Shown here: piece by piece, positions 53,635 to 62,863 of the stretch | Layout of the letters: every line of letters begins with the position of its first letter | Position numbering within the stretch: the stretch's first letter is position 1 | Assembly: GCA_028286405.1 (NCBI GenBank) | Contig: JAQBRP010000008.1 | Coordinates: 2,958 to 66,957, forward strand | DNA from: Candidatus Saccharimonadota bacterium | Lineage (GTDB): Bacteria > Patescibacteriota > Saccharimonadia > Saccharimonadales > UBA4665 | Direction: 5' to 3' | DNA: 64,000 nt | Position numbers and translations under genes: made by a program | Notes under the pieces: model-generated | What the model was told of the DNA's origin: nothing | The model's input: the letters and a program-made list of their open reading frames with translations, nothing else | The model's database searches: none

Positions 53635-54063
53635 ATGAAGATTCATATTATTACCATCGGTCAACCCAAGCTCGACTACGCCCGCCAAGGCTGGGACGAG
53701 TACTGGCAGCGCCTCAAGCACTACCACGACATCCGGGTTACGCACATTGCAGACAAGCATAACGATACCGAGCATATCCTCGAAGCAGCCGGTAGTAGCT
53801 ATACAATCGCTCTTGAAATAGAGGGGAAGCAGTTTAGCAGCCCCGAATTGGCCCAGTTTTTAGAAAAACGAGCCCTGGACGGCCGGGAAGTTAGCTTTTT
53901 AATCGGTGGCCCAGACGGATTACCCGATGAAATTCGGCAGCAGGCCAACTACCAATGGAGCTTTGGCCGGCTAACACTGCCGCATGACCTCGCCATGGTC
54001 ACACTACTTGAAGCGCTATATCGAGCCAGCACCATCAATGCTGGACAACCGTACCACCGCTAA
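53635..54063 (+). CDS. rlmH: 23S rRNA (pseudouridine1915-N3)-methyltransferase RlmH
   Basis: SPOUT-fold RlmH motifs: I..IG....Y...G..EY..RL, FLIGGPDGL, LS.G..TLPH. Confidence 0.88.
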   Translation: MKIHIITIGQPKLDYARQGWDEYWQRLKHYHDIRVTHIADKHNDTEHILEAAGSSYTIALEIEGKQFSSPELAQFLEKRALDGREVSFLIGGPDGLPDEIRQQANYQWSFGRLTLPHDLAMVTLLEALYRASTINAGQPYHR

Positions 54064-54083
54064 TAAATGTGCTAAAAATCACG

Positions 54084-54127
54084 TTGACACCCCGCGTCTG
54101 AGGGCGTAATATAACAATATTGTTATA
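54084..54127 (+). promoter_or_regulatory. TA-operon promoter with an overlapping 18-bp perfect palindrome (candidate antitoxin operator)
   Basis: TTGACA (54084-54089), a 17-nt spacer, then TAATAT (54107-54112). Palindrome TATAACAATATTGTTATA at 54110-54127. Confidence 0.6.
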
Positions 54128-54157
54128 TAGGAGGCTAGCTTATGGTACGGAGGGTAC

Positions 54158-54490
54158 ATGAATATCAAATTCTGGAAAACAGCATCAGGCAGATATCCGG
54201 TGAAAAACTTTATAATGACGCAAAGTAGCGGACCAGCGCAGCGCATTATGAAGGATATCGACCACCTAAAAGAACAAGGCCTCAGGCTGCTTGCCAGCAA
54301 TAAGCTGAAGAAGCTACGGGGGTATGACAATTTATACGAGCTCCGCACCAAGCACGGTAAGCTCGATTACCGAATATTATTTAAAGAATCGCGCGGCACA
54401 GCCTGGTTACTAGAAGCCTTCCAAAAGCAGGGCAACACCACCCCGGAACGCTACATCAAGACAGCCATAAGGAGAGGATCAACAGTTTAA
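54158..54490 (+). CDS. type II toxin, RelE/HigB superfamily (phage Gp49-like)
   Basis: 110 aa. F.....G..PV..F and LYELR....G..YRILF patterns typical of Gp49/HigB-like toxins. Followed by an HTH antitoxin gene. Confidence 0.75.
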   Translation: MNIKFWKTASGRYPVKNFIMTQSSGPAQRIMKDIDHLKEQGLRLLASNKLKKLRGYDNLYELRTKHGKLDYRILFKESRGTAWLLEAFQKQGNTTPERYIKTAIRRGSTV

Positions 54491-54507
54491 TCTGTAGAAA
54501 GGATTAT

Positions 54508-54942
54508 ATGGATTGGGACATTATAAAAGCTCAGTTACTTGAGGACCCCAAACTACGAGAAGCATACAACAAAATCGACTTGCCACACGCTATTGGCAAA
54601 ATGATAATCGATGCCCGCATCGCCAAAAATATGACACAGGCGCGGCTCGCCGAGCTCGTTGGCACCAAACAACCCGGCATCGCTCGGCTAGAGAAGGGCA
54701 ACGCCTTACCCAGCCTGTCACTACTACAAAAGATTGCCAACGCTTTCAACACTCGCTTGCTACCACCACGATTCGAATTCTTGGAGCAACTACAATCCGC
54801 TGCCGCCAGCTTCAGCTTCCATCACATATATGGAGGTAACGAATGGAGGCAACCCGTAACCCCCTATAATCAGGCCATCCACCGAGACTGGAACCAAGAT
54901 TACCCACTACTAACTACGACTAACACCTATACCGCACGCTAA
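54508..54942 (+). CDS. XRE-family HTH antitoxin (HigA-like) with a C-terminal extension
   Basis: MTQARLAELVGTKQPGIARLEKG...PSL..L.KIA.AF HTH_XRE motif. Confidence 0.78.
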   Translation: MDWDIIKAQLLEDPKLREAYNKIDLPHAIGKMIIDARIAKNMTQARLAELVGTKQPGIARLEKGNALPSLSLLQKIANAFNTRLLPPRFEFLEQLQSAAASFSFHHIYGGNEWRQPVTPYNQAIHRDWNQDYPLLTTTNTYTAR

Positions 54943-54955
54943 GGAGATAACTACC

Positions 54956-55423
54956 GTGAAATACAGCAATATATTCACACTACTCGCCAAGGACATCAGC
55001 ACCGATGCCAGCGACAGCATGAACACTTACACCAAAGTACTTGATACTTTCAACGCCGAAGTTGATGCCGATGAGCTCGCCAAACAAGGCATTAAACTGG
55101 GTGAGCAGCCCATAATCCTGCCCATTAACTTTGCAATTGGCACATCATGGACGCTTGGCGAACAGACCGCTGAAGATACTTTTTTGACCGTTAAGATCAA
55201 TATTGTCGATCCCAAGGGCAAAGAACTCGGTGGACCAGAGCAAGAACACCAACTACCAGCCGGTATCAACCGTCTTAACATCAACTTCAACAATAACGGG
55301 CTGCCTATCACCGTTAAGGGCGATTACGTGCTGCAAAGTCTGCTCGTTGACCGCGCTGGCAAAGTGCTGGCGCAGGGTGAATATCCCTTTATTGTGAACG
55401 TAGAGCAGCATAAGAAGGCTTAG
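54956..55423 (+). CDS. hypothetical protein
   Basis: 155-aa ORF (GTG start) directly after the antitoxin gene. No family recognised. Confidence 0.5.
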   Translation: MKYSNIFTLLAKDISTDASDSMNTYTKVLDTFNAEVDADELAKQGIKLGEQPIILPINFAIGTSWTLGEQTAEDTFLTVKINIVDPKGKELGGPEQEHQLPAGINRLNINFNNNGLPITVKGDYVLQSLLVDRAGKVLAQGEYPFIVNVEQHKKA

Positions 55424-55490
55424 ATTTCCTAGAAGAGTGCAGCCAAGTCGAGAGGGGCATTCCAGCTCAAGGACTGAATACTTTTACTCT

Positions 55491-55635
55491 GGTGACTCCT
55501 GCGGGATAGCGCACGTTAATCCAGCCGCCCGCTTCGCTGGGGCTGTGACTAACGACCGAACCCTGCGGCTTCAATTCTCAAAGAGAATTACCAATAAAAA
55601 AGCCCACCTGCGGTGAGCTGTTTTATTGGTGACCC
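55491..55635. repeat. ~146-bp direct repeat, distal copy (contains a terminator and tRNA-Glu 3'-end mimics)
   Basis: Aligns with 56827-56972 with about seven differences by eye. Begins GGTGACTCCTGCGGGA and ends TTGGTGACCC. Confidence 0.85.
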
Positions 55636-55769
55636 AGCGACGAACGAGTTTATAACCTTAATTGATGAATTAATGCGCTGGAGGGGTTTACTGGGCAGTA
55701 GGTTCAGGCAGTACCAGATTAGCGGTAAAGGGGTACGGCGTTCGTTTAATTCCCGGTAGTGTTTATACC

Positions 55770-56702
55770 TTAACTGGCAATAGCCCGTACTACGACATTG
55801 ATAGGGGTATTCTCTATACACGACTGTAAGTTGGCCAGTATTTCCGCGCCTTGCTTATCGTTAATTTCTTCTGTGTTGTAAGCAATGTGCGGGGTAGCAA
55901 TGACATTTGGTAACCTTGCAAGCTCAACGATAGTATCGCTCGGTACACCTGTTAGCGGTTCGCCATCAAATACGTCTAGCCCAGCACCACGTATCCGATT
56001 GACTCTTAGTAGTTCGGCGAGCGCACTCTGGTCTACAACAGCACCGCGCCCAACGTTCACTAAGATTGCTGTGTGCTTCAGGAGATTCAATCTACGCTCG
56101 TCAACTAAGTTTCGGGTGCCATCGTTTAGTGGAGCGCAGATGACGACAAAGTCAGAGTCACGTAGTAGGGCGTCTATTTCATCTGATGTCGATTTTGAGT
56201 TCACATAATGCACTCTCATACCGAGTGCTGAGGCTATTTTTTCTATTCTTGTGCCGATATTCCCGTAACCAATGAGCCCCAACTTTTTATCGCTGAGTTC
56301 GTAGCCAGTAAAATCCTGGCTCCATTTGCCCGACCGTAATGTATCGCTACCTTGTACAAGATTGCGATTTACTGCCATCAGCAGAGACATAGCATGCTCA
56401 GCTACAGCCTGACTATTAAAGGTTGGGCAGTTGAGCGTTGTTATGCCCTTGGAAGCGGCGTATGTGGTGTCCACCCATTCATAACCAACGGCGGGAACAA
56501 TAATGTATTTCAGGTTTGGTGCGGCATCAATAACATCGGAGGTGATGTCAACATAGCTAGCGGTAATAATTTCTGCATCATGAATACGTTTTTTGAGCTC
56601 ATCGTTATCTGGCAAGTCATCAAAGACATCTGCGCCCAGCTCTCTAATTTTGTTCTTGTAGTCGTCGGACATGTTAATTTTGTCGGGCAGGACTATCTTC
56701 AT
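55770..56702 (-). CDS. D-isomer-specific 2-hydroxyacid dehydrogenase (NAD-binding)
   Basis: GLIGYGNIGTR NAD motif, VNVGRGAVVD, DVF..EP and TPHIA catalytic motifs. Start placed at the ATG at 56702 (MKIVLPD), which has a GGAG Shine-Dalgarno. Confidence 0.85.
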   Translation of the reverse strand: MKIVLPDKINMSDDYKNKIRELGADVFDDLPDNDELKKRIHDAEIITASYVDITSDVIDAAPNLKYIIVPAVGYEWVDTTYAASKGITTLNCPTFNSQAVAEHAMSLLMAVNRNLVQGSDTLRSGKWSQDFTGYELSDKKLGLIGYGNIGTRIEKIASALGMRVHYVNSKSTSDEIDALLRDSDFVVICAPLNDGTRNLVDERRLNLLKHTAILVNVGRGAVVDQSALAELLRVNRIRGAGLDVFDGEPLTGVPSDTIVELARLPNVIATPHIAYNTEEINDKQGAEILANLQSCIENTPINVVVRAIAS

Positions 56703-56826
56703 TCGATACGCTCCATTAGTGTTGCACTTCTTATAAACACCAGTATAGCTGTTTGTATATTTTACCCCTACAAACAAAAGCGCCGCCATCGTGGCGACGC
56801 ATCGTCTCATCTGTTAGATTCAGCTT

Positions 56827-56972
56827 GGTGACCCCTGCGGGAAGGCGCACGTTAATCCAGCCGCCCGCTTTGCAGGGGGCTGTGACTAACGACCGAACCC
56901 TGCGGCTTCAATTCTCAAAGAGAATAACCAATAAAAAAGCCCACCTGCGGTGAGCTGTTTTATTGGTGACCC
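56827..56972. repeat. ~146-bp direct repeat, tRNA-proximal copy (overlaps the tRNA-Glu 3' end)
   Basis: TTGGTGACCCCTGCGGGA at 56825-56842 is an exact 18-nt copy of 56963-56980, which is the tRNA-Glu 3' end on the minus strand. Confidence 0.85.
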
Positions 56973-57040
56973 CTGCGGGAGTCGAACCCGCGATTTTCTG
57001 GATGAGAACCAGACGTCCTGGACCACTAGACGAAGGGGCC
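56964..57040 (-). tRNA. tRNA-Glu (anticodon CTC), CCA encoded
   Basis: On the reverse complement: acceptor GGCCCCT/AGGGGTC, anticodon stem TCTGG/CCAGA with loop TTCTCAT, T arm GCGGG-TTCGACT-CCCGC; 77 nt. Confidence 0.9.
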
Positions 57041-57237
57041 GAGCGAGGAAGAGAATAAAATTGTGTTTACATAATTTTATTCTTTCCGAGCGAGGTTCCT
57101 ATTTGCCATAGGTAAATAGGGGCCACGACTCTTCTCGAGCTAGAAAATAATACCACACCTCTGTTAAGACGTCCACCAACCCCATTGCGTTAGCGCTTAA
57201 AAACAGGGATAATGACAGCAGAAAATAATATACACAT

Positions 57238-58569
57238 ATGGACTCCAAACTTTTAATCGGTATCGTGGTGGGCTTACTGATAGTAATTGCCGGTTTGTTG
57301 GTAACTATTCGTTTCCTATATACCCGTCATAAAGTTGGTAAGAGTGGCCAGCAGCTGTTGGCCGCCGATTTGCAAGATGAAAAGGTGCGCTCTGGCATCA
57401 TCCTCAATAGCATCGAAGACGGCGTCGTACTGATTGACGAAAAAGGCATAATTCAGCTATTTAACCCCGGTGCTAGCAACATTACTGGCTGGCCAGCCAC
57501 TGAAGCCAGCGGCATCGAGTGGCGTAGTGTTATTAAGCTCGTCAACGAAAAAGGAGAGCCGTACGACGAGGCATCTCACCCCATTAAACGAGTTATGGAA
57601 TCTGAGGCGCCAATCCGCGACAATACCGCCATACTGGTCTCACGCAATGATAAACAGCAACCGATCTCGCTCAGCCTGACGCCGCTGCTCGACAAAAATA
57701 AGCATGTCTACGCCGCCGTCGCCGTATTCCGCGATGTTACCCAAGAGCGTCAAGAAGAAAAGCAGCGCAGCGAATTCATTAGTACCGCCAGCCACGAAAT
57801 GCGCACGCCGGTGGCCGCCATTGAAGGCTACCTATCACTGTCTATGAACGAAAAAGTCAGCACCATTGATGCTCGAGCCCGCGGCTACCTCGAGAAAGCT
57901 CACTCTTCAACCGAGCACCTGGGGCAGCTGTTCCAAGACTTATTGAACAGCGCCAAGGCCGAAGACGGCCGCCTCACCAGCCACCCGGTAGTCGTAGAGA
58001 TCGGAGCCTTCCTGGAGCAGCTCAGCAACGATCTACGGTTCGTGGCCGAAAAGAAAGGGCTAGCCATGGAATTCATGGTCGGTTCCAGCCAGAACATTGA
58101 TGCCACCAACAATGCCCGCAATAGCATTAAGCCACTGTACTACGTCAAAGCCGACCCCGACCGCCTTCGTGAAGTGGTCACTAACATCTTTGATAATGCC
58201 GTAAAGTATACCGATTCTGGCAAAGTGACCCTCGGTCTAACCGGTGACCCCAACGTCGTGCAATTTTACGTTCGTGACACTGGGCAGGGCATTCCAGCCG
58301 AAGACATTCCCCATCTGTTCCAGAAGTTTTACCGGGTCGACAACTCGGCCACGCGAACCATTGGCGGTACCGGTCTGGGACTATTCATTTGCCGCAAAAT
58401 TATTGAGCTCTACCAGGGCCGTATTTGGGTAGAGAGCACCCCCGGCAAGGGCAGCAGCTTCTTTATTAACTTACCCCGCCTGAGCAGCGCTGCAGCCACC
58501 CAAGCCCAGGCCCAAGAAGCCACCACTATCAAGCCGCTTACCACCGTAACCACCCCCGTGGTACAATGA
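57238..58569 (+). CDS. sensor histidine kinase (TM, PAS, HisKA, HATPase_c)
   Basis: H-box ASHEMRTPV, N-box NIFDNAVKY, G-boxes DTGQGI and GTGLGL. Confidence 0.9.
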   Translation: MDSKLLIGIVVGLLIVIAGLLVTIRFLYTRHKVGKSGQQLLAADLQDEKVRSGIILNSIEDGVVLIDEKGIIQLFNPGASNITGWPATEASGIEWRSVIKLVNEKGEPYDEASHPIKRVMESEAPIRDNTAILVSRNDKQQPISLSLTPLLDKNKHVYAAVAVFRDVTQERQEEKQRSEFISTASHEMRTPVAAIEGYLSLSMNEKVSTIDARARGYLEKAHSSTEHLGQLFQDLLNSAKAEDGRLTSHPVVVEIGAFLEQLSNDLRFVAEKKGLAMEFMVGSSQNIDATNNARNSIKPLYYVKADPDRLREVVTNIFDNAVKYTDSGKVTLGLTGDPNVVQFYVRDTGQGIPAEDIPHLFQKFYRVDNSATRTIGGTGLGLFICRKIIELYQGRIWVESTPGKGSSFFINLPRLSSAAATQAQAQEATTIKPLTTVTTPVVQ

Positions 58570-58600
58570 TGCTAACCATAAGCTTTTAAAAGGAATACCC

Positions 58601-59785
58601 ATGTCAAAAGTTCTACTCGTCGAAGATGACAACAACCTACGCGAAATATATGAAGCGCGTTTACAGGCGGAGGGCTATGACATCATATCGGCCCGCGACG
58701 GGGAAGAAGCCCTGGTAGTAGCCAAGAGTGAGCTACCCGACCTGGTAATTTCTGACGTCATGATGCCCAAAATTAGCGGCTTCGAAATGCTCGACATTAT
58801 GCGCAATACCGAAGGTCTCAAGCAGGTGAAGGTCATCATGCTGACCGCTCTCGGCCAAGCCGAAGACCAAACCCGCGCCGACAGCCTGGGTGCCGATCGG
58901 TACCTGGTCAAATCACAAGTTACCCTCGAAGACATCGTCAATGCCGCCCAGCAACTGCTGACGGGCAGCAGCCCGGCTGATGCCACTGCAGCAGCTCCCG
59001 TGCCGACTGAAGCCGCACCGGCGACCGAAGAATCAGTACCCGCACCGGCTGAGCCGACCACGCCCCCACCAGTTATTCCGCTGGCTACTGCGCCACCAGA
59101 AGAACCCGAGGCTCCTGTCACGCCACAGATGCCACCAACACCTGTATCCGTTGTACCGGATGTACCCGCAGATGACAGCACCCCCACCAGCACAGACACG
59201 CCAGTCGAACCAGCAGTTGAATCCGTTGAACCACCTGTCAGCGAACCACAAACCGACGAACCACAGACCAGCGCCCAAGAAGGTGCCGCCGTTGAGCAGC
59301 AAATCGAAAGCTTCGTCCAGTCACAGCCCGGCACGCCGCCAACGACAGTCGAGCCCGAAGCTAGCCAGGCTCCGACTACACCCGAACAAGAACAAGCGCT
59401 TAACGATGCACTCACCAGCCTCAACGGCAGCGAAGCCACCTCAACACCTTCTGCGATACCAGTTGAGTCACCCACCGATGCCACTCCAACACCTGAAGAA
59501 TCCAGCACGGCCACCCACAAAAAGGTTATCGTGCCTATTACCGAAGACGGCGAGGCCACCAAGAAAAGCCTCGATCAGCTGCTAGCTGAAGAGGCGGCCG
59601 AAGAAGAGGGCCAAGCAGCACCAGCCAGCGAACCAGCTCCCGTAGAGGAAGCCCCGGCACCAGTTGAGGCTCCCGCCGAACCAGCAAGCGCCCCCGAAGT
59701 GGCAGCCGCGCCAGAAGCACCAACCGAAGCCCCCAAGCCACCCGCCGGTAAAGGCGATTTTGACCCCAACAGCATTGCGCTCTAA
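58601..59785 (+). CDS. response regulator receiver domain fused to a ~270-aa Pro/Ala/Glu/Thr-rich low-complexity tail
   Basis: VLLVEDD...DLVISDVMMP...K receiver motifs, then a PxP/AP/EP-rich sequence with no recognisable output domain. Confidence 0.8.
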   Translation: MSKVLLVEDDNNLREIYEARLQAEGYDIISARDGEEALVVAKSELPDLVISDVMMPKISGFEMLDIMRNTEGLKQVKVIMLTALGQAEDQTRADSLGADRYLVKSQVTLEDIVNAAQQLLTGSSPADATAAAPVPTEAAPATEESVPAPAEPTTPPPVIPLATAPPEEPEAPVTPQMPPTPVSVVPDVPADDSTPTSTDTPVEPAVESVEPPVSEPQTDEPQTSAQEGAAVEQQIESFVQSQPGTPPTTVEPEASQAPTTPEQEQALNDALTSLNGSEATSTPSAIPVESPTDATPTPEESSTATHKKVIVPITEDGEATKKSLDQLLAEEAAEEEGQAAPASEPAPVEEAPAPVEAPAEPASAPEVAAAPEAPTEAPKPPAGKGDFDPNSIAL

Positions 59786-59802
59786 TCTGTTACACTGGGC
59801 TC

Positions 59803-60462
59803 ATGCGAATTAATAAATTTGTTGCCCAAGCCACCGGCCTCAGCCGACGCGCCGCCGATCAAGCTGTTGCCGCTCAGCGGGTTACTATTAATGGCGTGGC
59901 TGCCGAGATGGGTAGTTCCGTAGCAGATACCGATACCGTCAACCTTGACGGCCAGCCGCTGGTCACGACTCAGACACGCACCATTTTGCTACACAAACCA
60001 GTCGGCTTTGTGGTTAGTCGAGACGGGCAGGGCAGTCGCACGGTGTACGATCTGTTACCAACCGACTTGCACGACCTAAAGCCCGTCGGTCGCCTCGACA
60101 AAGATTCATCGGGTTTGCTATTACTGACCAACGATGGCGACCTAGCCAACCGACTGACGCACCCCAGCCGGCAGAAGCGCAAGGTGTACGAAGTAACACT
60201 TGATACACCACTGCAACCACTGCACCGGCAAATGATCGCCGAGCATGGCCTACAACTTGAAGACGGCCCAAGTAAGTTGGGCCTCGAGCGCCAGCACGAC
60301 GGTGACGATACCGCTTGGATTGTCGCCATGCACGAAGGCCGCAACCGGCAGATTCGCCGCACCTTTGCGGCGCTGGGCTACACCGTCACTCGTTTACACC
60401 GCACGCAGTTTGGTGAGTACCGTTTAGATCAACAAAAAACAGGCACCTTTCGGCACCTGTAA
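59803..60462 (+). CDS. pseudouridine synthase (RsuA/RluB family, N-terminal S4 domain)
   Basis: MRINKF.A...G.SRR.AD S4 motif and GRLDKDSSGLLLLTNDG catalytic Asp motif. Confidence 0.9.
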   Translation: MRINKFVAQATGLSRRAADQAVAAQRVTINGVAAEMGSSVADTDTVNLDGQPLVTTQTRTILLHKPVGFVVSRDGQGSRTVYDLLPTDLHDLKPVGRLDKDSSGLLLLTNDGDLANRLTHPSRQKRKVYEVTLDTPLQPLHRQMIAEHGLQLEDGPSKLGLERQHDGDDTAWIVAMHEGRNRQIRRTFAALGYTVTRLHRTQFGEYRLDQQKTGTFRHL

Positions 60463-60479
60463 ACTACACGAAAAGAGAC

Positions 60480-61391
60480 TTATCGAGAAGGTTGAGTCGG
60501 CAGGTACAGTGCACCCACAATCAGGTCGTGATCAGATAGAGGTTCGCCGTTCACATCACCATCAACTGTCAAGCCCCGCACCACTCGGTGCCCAACGGTC
60601 TCAAAATGCCGGCTCGTTAAAATGTGATCAAGTTTTACAGCAATACCCATTTTACGCATTGTGGGCTCATTCGTATCATCAATGTCCTCCAAGCCAACTT
60701 CGCTTAGCATGGCAAGTGGTGTACCAATGGCCATCTGACTAAGCCGCTGGGCCGTAGAAGCGTTTCTCTTGAGCCAAGGCTGCCTCTCACTGGGATTTGG
60801 TGACACCGAGGGCAGGGCATTTACTGCCGGCCCAAGAGCACGAAGAGCTCTGGGCAGAAAACCCTTAGGGTTCATGCTATTAAAGTCGCCGGCCACCGCG
60901 GTCGGTCGCGCTATGCGTGTAACTCCCGTATCATCAGTCTCAAGGGGAAGATAGTGATCAAGAAACGCCCGCGTGTCTTCAATGCGAAGCTGTTCGTTTT
61001 TATCATTACCATGCTGTCCAAAAAACGTGAATGGTTCACCCGAAGCTGGGTCGTACATTTGAGCTGTCATCGCAAAACGACCAGATAGTTTTACAGGGCC
61101 AAGACCTGTAGTAAGTTCGCGCTTGGCAATAATCAAAAGACCACGAGCGTCGGGTCGCCTATCGCTTACCTCCTGGTCAATCTGTGCAAACACGTAGTCT
61201 CTTTTTTTACTCTGGAGGTCGGCTAGAAAGTTTTCATTAATCCCGCCATCACCGACCAGGTAGGCCTCTGGAAAAATGGCCACGGTCGGCTGGTGGAAGT
61301 CAATTTGCTCCAACACGGCCAGTGCTTTTTGACCATCACTTAAAGCACTCGCTACATTGTAAGAAAGAATGGTCGTCGTCTCAGCCGTCAT
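60480..61391 (-). CDS. endonuclease/exonuclease/phosphatase (EEP) family protein
   Basis: ILSYNV N-terminus, GDFN and LSDHD motifs. Confidence 0.7.
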   Translation of the reverse strand: MTAETTTILSYNVASALSDGQKALAVLEQIDFHQPTVAIFPEAYLVGDGGINENFLADLQSKKRDYVFAQIDQEVSDRRPDARGLLIIAKRELTTGLGPVKLSGRFAMTAQMYDPASGEPFTFFGQHGNDKNEQLRIEDTRAFLDHYLPLETDDTGVTRIARPTAVAGDFNSMNPKGFLPRALRALGPAVNALPSVSPNPSERQPWLKRNASTAQRLSQMAIGTPLAMLSEVGLEDIDDTNEPTMRKMGIAVKLDHILTSRHFETVGHRVVRGLTVDGDVNGEPLSDHDLIVGALYLPTQPSR

Positions 61392-61457
61392 TATTAATCA
61401 TTGTACATCCAAATTATGATTTTGTCAATAGTCCTACCTCTGGTATAATACTTGTAA

Positions 61458-62822
61458 ATGGCTAAAAAATTACCAATCATCGCTATTGTCGGCCGTGCCA
61501 ACGTGGGCAAGTCCAGCTTGTTCAACGCGATTTTAAATCGCCGTGAAGCGATTGTCGCCCACGAAGCTGGCACCACCCGTGACAGTATTATGGCCAAGGC
61601 CGAATACCAAGAGCAGCAGTTCTGGCTGGTCGACACCGCTGGCGTTAAAACTCCCGAAGACGACTTTGAATTCACCATTCAGGAACAGATCGAACAGGCC
61701 GCCGACAGCGCCGATGTTATTTGGGTCATGGTTGAGGCCAACATACCCATCACCGAAGAAGACCGTAAGGTTGCCAAGATGGCGCTACGCTCTAAAAAGC
61801 CAGTCTTCCTAGTTATCAACAAGCTCGACCGCGCCAACGGCGCTGACCTCAGCGGCTTCGACCGTCTGGGCATCAAGCCAATTATCCGCACCTCCATCAA
61901 GCAAGGGCAGGGCGTGCAGCAGCTGCTCGACACGCTAATCACAATTATCCCCAAAGCGACACTAGCCGAAGACGACAACCGCCTGCACATTGCTTTGCTG
62001 GGCCGACCTAACGTTGGCAAATCACAGCTATTCAATACGCTTTCCAAGAAACAGCAGGCGATTGTCGCCGATCGCGCCGGCACCACCCGCGACATTAACC
62101 GCTCCATCGTGAAGTACCAGGGACGTGAAATTGAAATCATGGATACCGCCGGCATTCGCCGCCCCGGTAAAATCGGCGTTGGCATTGAGCACTTCAGTGT
62201 TATTCGCACCCTAGCTGCCATTGAACAGTCCGATATTTGTTTTCTACTGATGGACGTCAATGAAATCGGCGTGCAGCTCGACCAAAAAATTGCCGGCATG
62301 ATCAAAGACGCCGGCAAGGGCTTGGTTCTGGTTGTTAGCAAATGGGATGCCGCCGAAGAAAAAGACGCCTTTACCCGCGACGCCTTAGCGCCGGTTATCG
62401 GTCAGCACTTCGATTTTGTACCATGGGCACCACTGGTTTTCACCAGTGCCATCACCGGTCAGAATGTCACTAAACTCTTCGACCTGGCTCAGGAAATCGA
62501 CCAAACCCGTGCCACCCGTGTTACCACCCGCGAGCTCAACAAATGGCTCAAAACCGTCACCGACATGCACCCCCCAGCCGGCCTTAAAAACCGTGCTCCC
62601 AAGCTCAACTACATGGTGCAAGAAGACGACAACCCCACACCGGCCTTCAAAATCTTCGGCAGCCACACCAAGTTCCTGCACTGGAGCTACAAGCGCTACC
62701 TAGACCGCAACATGCGCGAAAAGTTCGGCTTTGCCGGCACGCCAATTCAACTGTGGTTCATCGAGAAGCACATTACCCACAAGCACGGCTCTAGCCCAAC
62801 TAAAGACACGCCGCGGCCCTAG
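61458..62822 (+). CDS. der: ribosome biogenesis GTPase Der (EngA)
   Basis: Two GTPase domains (GRANVGKSSLFN and GRPNVGKSQLFN; DTAG twice) plus a KH-like C-terminus. TGgTATAAT 8 nt before the ATG. Confidence 0.92.
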   Translation: MAKKLPIIAIVGRANVGKSSLFNAILNRREAIVAHEAGTTRDSIMAKAEYQEQQFWLVDTAGVKTPEDDFEFTIQEQIEQAADSADVIWVMVEANIPITEEDRKVAKMALRSKKPVFLVINKLDRANGADLSGFDRLGIKPIIRTSIKQGQGVQQLLDTLITIIPKATLAEDDNRLHIALLGRPNVGKSQLFNTLSKKQQAIVADRAGTTRDINRSIVKYQGREIEIMDTAGIRRPGKIGVGIEHFSVIRTLAAIEQSDICFLLMDVNEIGVQLDQKIAGMIKDAGKGLVLVVSKWDAAEEKDAFTRDALAPVIGQHFDFVPWAPLVFTSAITGQNVTKLFDLAQEIDQTRATRVTTRELNKWLKTVTDMHPPAGLKNRAPKLNYMVQEDDNPTPAFKIFGSHTKFLHWSYKRYLDRNMREKFGFAGTPIQLWFIEKHITHKHGSSPTKDTPRP

Positions 62823-62863
62823 CACTGGACAGCTCGCAGCACTAATGCGACACTTTAATAACT

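Larger units (their letters stand above)
54070..56963. mobile_element. tRNA-Glu-anchored islet (HigBA-like TA, unknown gene, repeat-flanked dehydrogenase cassette)
   Basis: Lies between rlmH and the 3' end of tRNA-Glu. Contains two ~146-bp direct repeats, each ending in a copy of the tRNA-Glu 3' end. Confidence 0.5.

Noticed and set aside
54079-54351. 90-aa minus-strand ORF.
   Set aside because: It is antisense to the promoter and the HigB-like toxin gene, which have strong independent support.
58675-59562. 295-aa minus-strand ORF, together with the +2-frame ORF at 58980-59585.
   Set aside because: They lie within the low-complexity tail of the response regulator gene. The compositional bias keeps several frames open, and only the receiver-domain frame has recognisable motifs.
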